Assembly: GCA_035277145.1 (NCBI GenBank) | Contig: DATELA010000057.1 | Coordinates: forward strand, 67-64,066 | Length of the DNA: 64,000 bases | Source of the DNA: Gemmatimonadaceae bacterium | Lineage (GTDB): Bacteria > Gemmatimonadota > Gemmatimonadetes > Gemmatimonadales > Gemmatimonadaceae | Direction: 5' to 3' | Part shown: one piece after another, positions 62,666-64,000 of the stretch | Layout of the letters: each line of letters opens with the position of its first letter | Numbering within the stretch: the first letter of the stretch is position 1 | Notes under the pieces: generated by a model | What the model saw: the letters and a program-made list of their open reading frames with translations, nothing else | Databases searched by the model: none | What the model was told of the DNA's origin: nothing | Position numbers and translations under genes: made by a program

Positions 62666-64000
62666 CGGTGACCATCCTCGCGTAGCGCGTCAGCCGCCGG
62701 TTGTGCGCCGCGACCGGAATCGAACAAGCGCACCGCGCGGCCACGCAACGGAACTTTGATTGTCTGTTGCTGGTGCGGAGCGACAATCACTTTCGCCGTA
62801 TCCTGCGCGCGCAACTGCTCGCGCAAACGCGTGAAGTCGAAGCGCAGTTCGTACTGACCGACTGGCACGCCGTCGAAAACCGCAGTCGACGCGCCGGTGC
62901 GACGGGCGACCCATTCGAATCCGGTCGCGTCACGCAGAATCACGATCGCCGGTGACAGGTTCACCTCCGGAACGCGACCGTCTTGATCCGCAACGAGTTC
63001 GAGTTCGATCGTCACGCTTCCCGTCGGCAGCACCGGAAGGTCGAGTCGTTCGACCGTGTCAGTCGCGAGCCCCGGATGCGCGAGCAACCCAACTGGCAGC
63101 GTGGACTGCTCGATCGTCGTGCGGCCACGCGCACGGGCGGGGAGGCGGAAGATTCCTTGCGCGTTTGTCACTGCGCGCGTTTCTCCGCGTCGAACAACAA
63201 CGCCCGCGACGCCGGGCTCGTCACTGTCACGGCGCCCATTCTGGTTGCGGTCTTCGAACACTTCGCCCTGCGGACCAAGCGCCTTCGGTGAAAACACACG
63301 CGTCGCCGCCGTCAATCGCACGGCGCCGACCCAGCCCGCGTCGCCGTCGGCTGTGCGAAAGAATGGATTCCGCTCCGCGGCAAGAGCCAGCTCGAAGCCA
63401 CCGGGCAGAGCCATCTGCAAGGTGGCGCGAGTGACGACGGCCGTTTGCAGCTTGCCGAGTCGCTGGTAGCTCGCTTCGGTGTTCAAGCGGAATTGCTGAT
63501 CGAGGACGGAGAACGGAAGTCCGCGCAATCGCGCCGACGCATTCCACACTTGACCAGGAACGCCAACACCGGCCTCGGTGAGTTCGAGTCCCGCGCGCGC
63601 CTCGAGCGTTCCCCATCGCGCGGTCGCGCGCGTGGCGCTCGCATCCATCGAGCGGCGCGCCGCGATCGCGCGATCGACGCTTCCGTCCGAAAGCTCGGTG
63701 ATGCGCTCTATGCTGCCCATCGATCCTTCGACGTTGACCGCCAGCGCGCCGCGGATCCAATCGAGCCCACCTGTCAGGGAGCGTTCGCTCGCCCCAAAAT
63801 CACCGATCGCGGTCGCGGCAGCATCGGCGTCGAATTTCGACGACTGTCCGCGCAGTGTCACCGTTGTTGATTGCGATGCAATCCAGCGATGACCCAACGA
63901 CCACGAAGAAACATCCATCGCGTCGAACACGTTGCCCGCGTCATGCGTTTGCGTCGCCGACGCATCGATCGACCAGCGCGTCGTGATGTTGCGCGCCAGG
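62662..64000 (-). CDS. large exported barrel-like protein with SdrD-B/CarboxypepD_reg-like modules, 5'-truncated by window edge
   Basis: The frame stays open beyond the listed GTG at 63930 to base 64000. The N-terminal visible part has alternating beta strands. EDRNQNGRRDSDEPGVAGVVVRRGETRAVTNAQGIFRLP is an SdrD B-like repeat motif. Confidence 0.55.
   Translation of the reverse strand, partial: LARNITTRWSIDASATQTHDAGNVFDAMDVSSWSLGHRWIASQSTTVTLRGQSSKFDADAAATAIGDFGASERSLTGGLDWIRGALAVNVEGSMGSIERITELSDGSVDRAIAARRSMDASATRATARWGTLEARAGLELTEAGVGVPGQVWNASARLRGLPFSVLDQQFRLNTEASYQRLGKLQTAVVTRATLQMALPGGFELALAAERNPFFRTADGDAGWVGAVRLTAATRVFSPKALGPQGEVFEDRNQNGRRDSDEPGVAGVVVRRGETRAVTNAQGIFRLPARARGRTTIEQSTLPVGLLAHPGLATDTVERLDLPVLPTGSVTIELELVADQDGRVPEVNLSPAIVILRDATGFEWVARRTGASTAVFDGVPVGQYELRFDFTRLREQLRAQDTAKVIVAPHQQQTIKVPLRGRAVRLFDSGRGAQPAADALREDGHR

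Noticed and set aside
1-64000. Scan for CRISPR arrays, rRNA, transposases, integrases, prophage or toxin-antitoxin modules
   Set aside because: I found no regularly spaced direct repeats longer than the three short microsatellites, and no rRNA-like stretches. No ORF shows DDE, tyrosine or serine recombinase signatures, or phage structural signatures. A by-eye scan cannot exclude short or degenerate elements.

Overview
High-GC, gene-dense window that looks chromosomal and comes from a diderm bacterium. The diderm call rests on a TolC/MFP/RND efflux set, outer-membrane barrels ending in Phe, lipoboxes and a TolB-like propeller. Phylum cannot be assigned without a database search. I support about 60 protein genes and one tRNA (Cys-GCA). 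I recognised no rRNA, CRISPR array, transposase or integrase.

Recognisable content:
- nadB and an MFS transporter.
- A 12-kb same-strand array: HAMP-Ser/Thr kinase, sucA, Fe3+-type ABC importer, ndh, PAS histidine kinase, ANTAR response regulator. Several junctions are 4-nt stop/start overlaps.
- A cupredoxin/porin divergent pair.
- THUMP methyltransferase, msrPQ, yfcH-like and alkA-like genes.
- A sigma-54 activator next to fliA.
- dcd-dut-HAD phosphatase-glycosyltransferase-TauE.
- tRNA-Cys, an MsbA-like exporter, and glnN plus glnA flanking a GAF hybrid kinase.
- Zn-ribbon/MqnD-like/REC-HD-GYP followed by tolC-MFP-RND.
- A bipolar acidic/lysine-rich protein, then MerR-like, SDR and a plasmid-type RepA-like gene.
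- S41 protease plus a PD40 propeller.
- SPFH plus two mini zinc-ribbon proteins, and cspA.
- yggX-GH3-NrtR-like.
- An exported-protein cluster cut by the window edge.

No canonical defence or mobile system is visible. The best candidates for something undescribed are:
1. the exported pilin-like/lipoprotein/barrel cluster at 61.2-64 kb;
2. the orphan RepA-like gene with the MerR-like regulator and the bipolar histone-H1-like protein at 50-53 kb;
3. the regulatory wiring around the 2-oxoglutarate/glutamine node, namely HAMP-kinase with sucA, ndh with PAS-HK and ANTAR, and glnA with the GAF hybrid kinase.

All functional calls come from motif recognition by eye. None has been checked against a database. 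Many long ORFs in the supplied track are high-GC shadow frames and were rejected.
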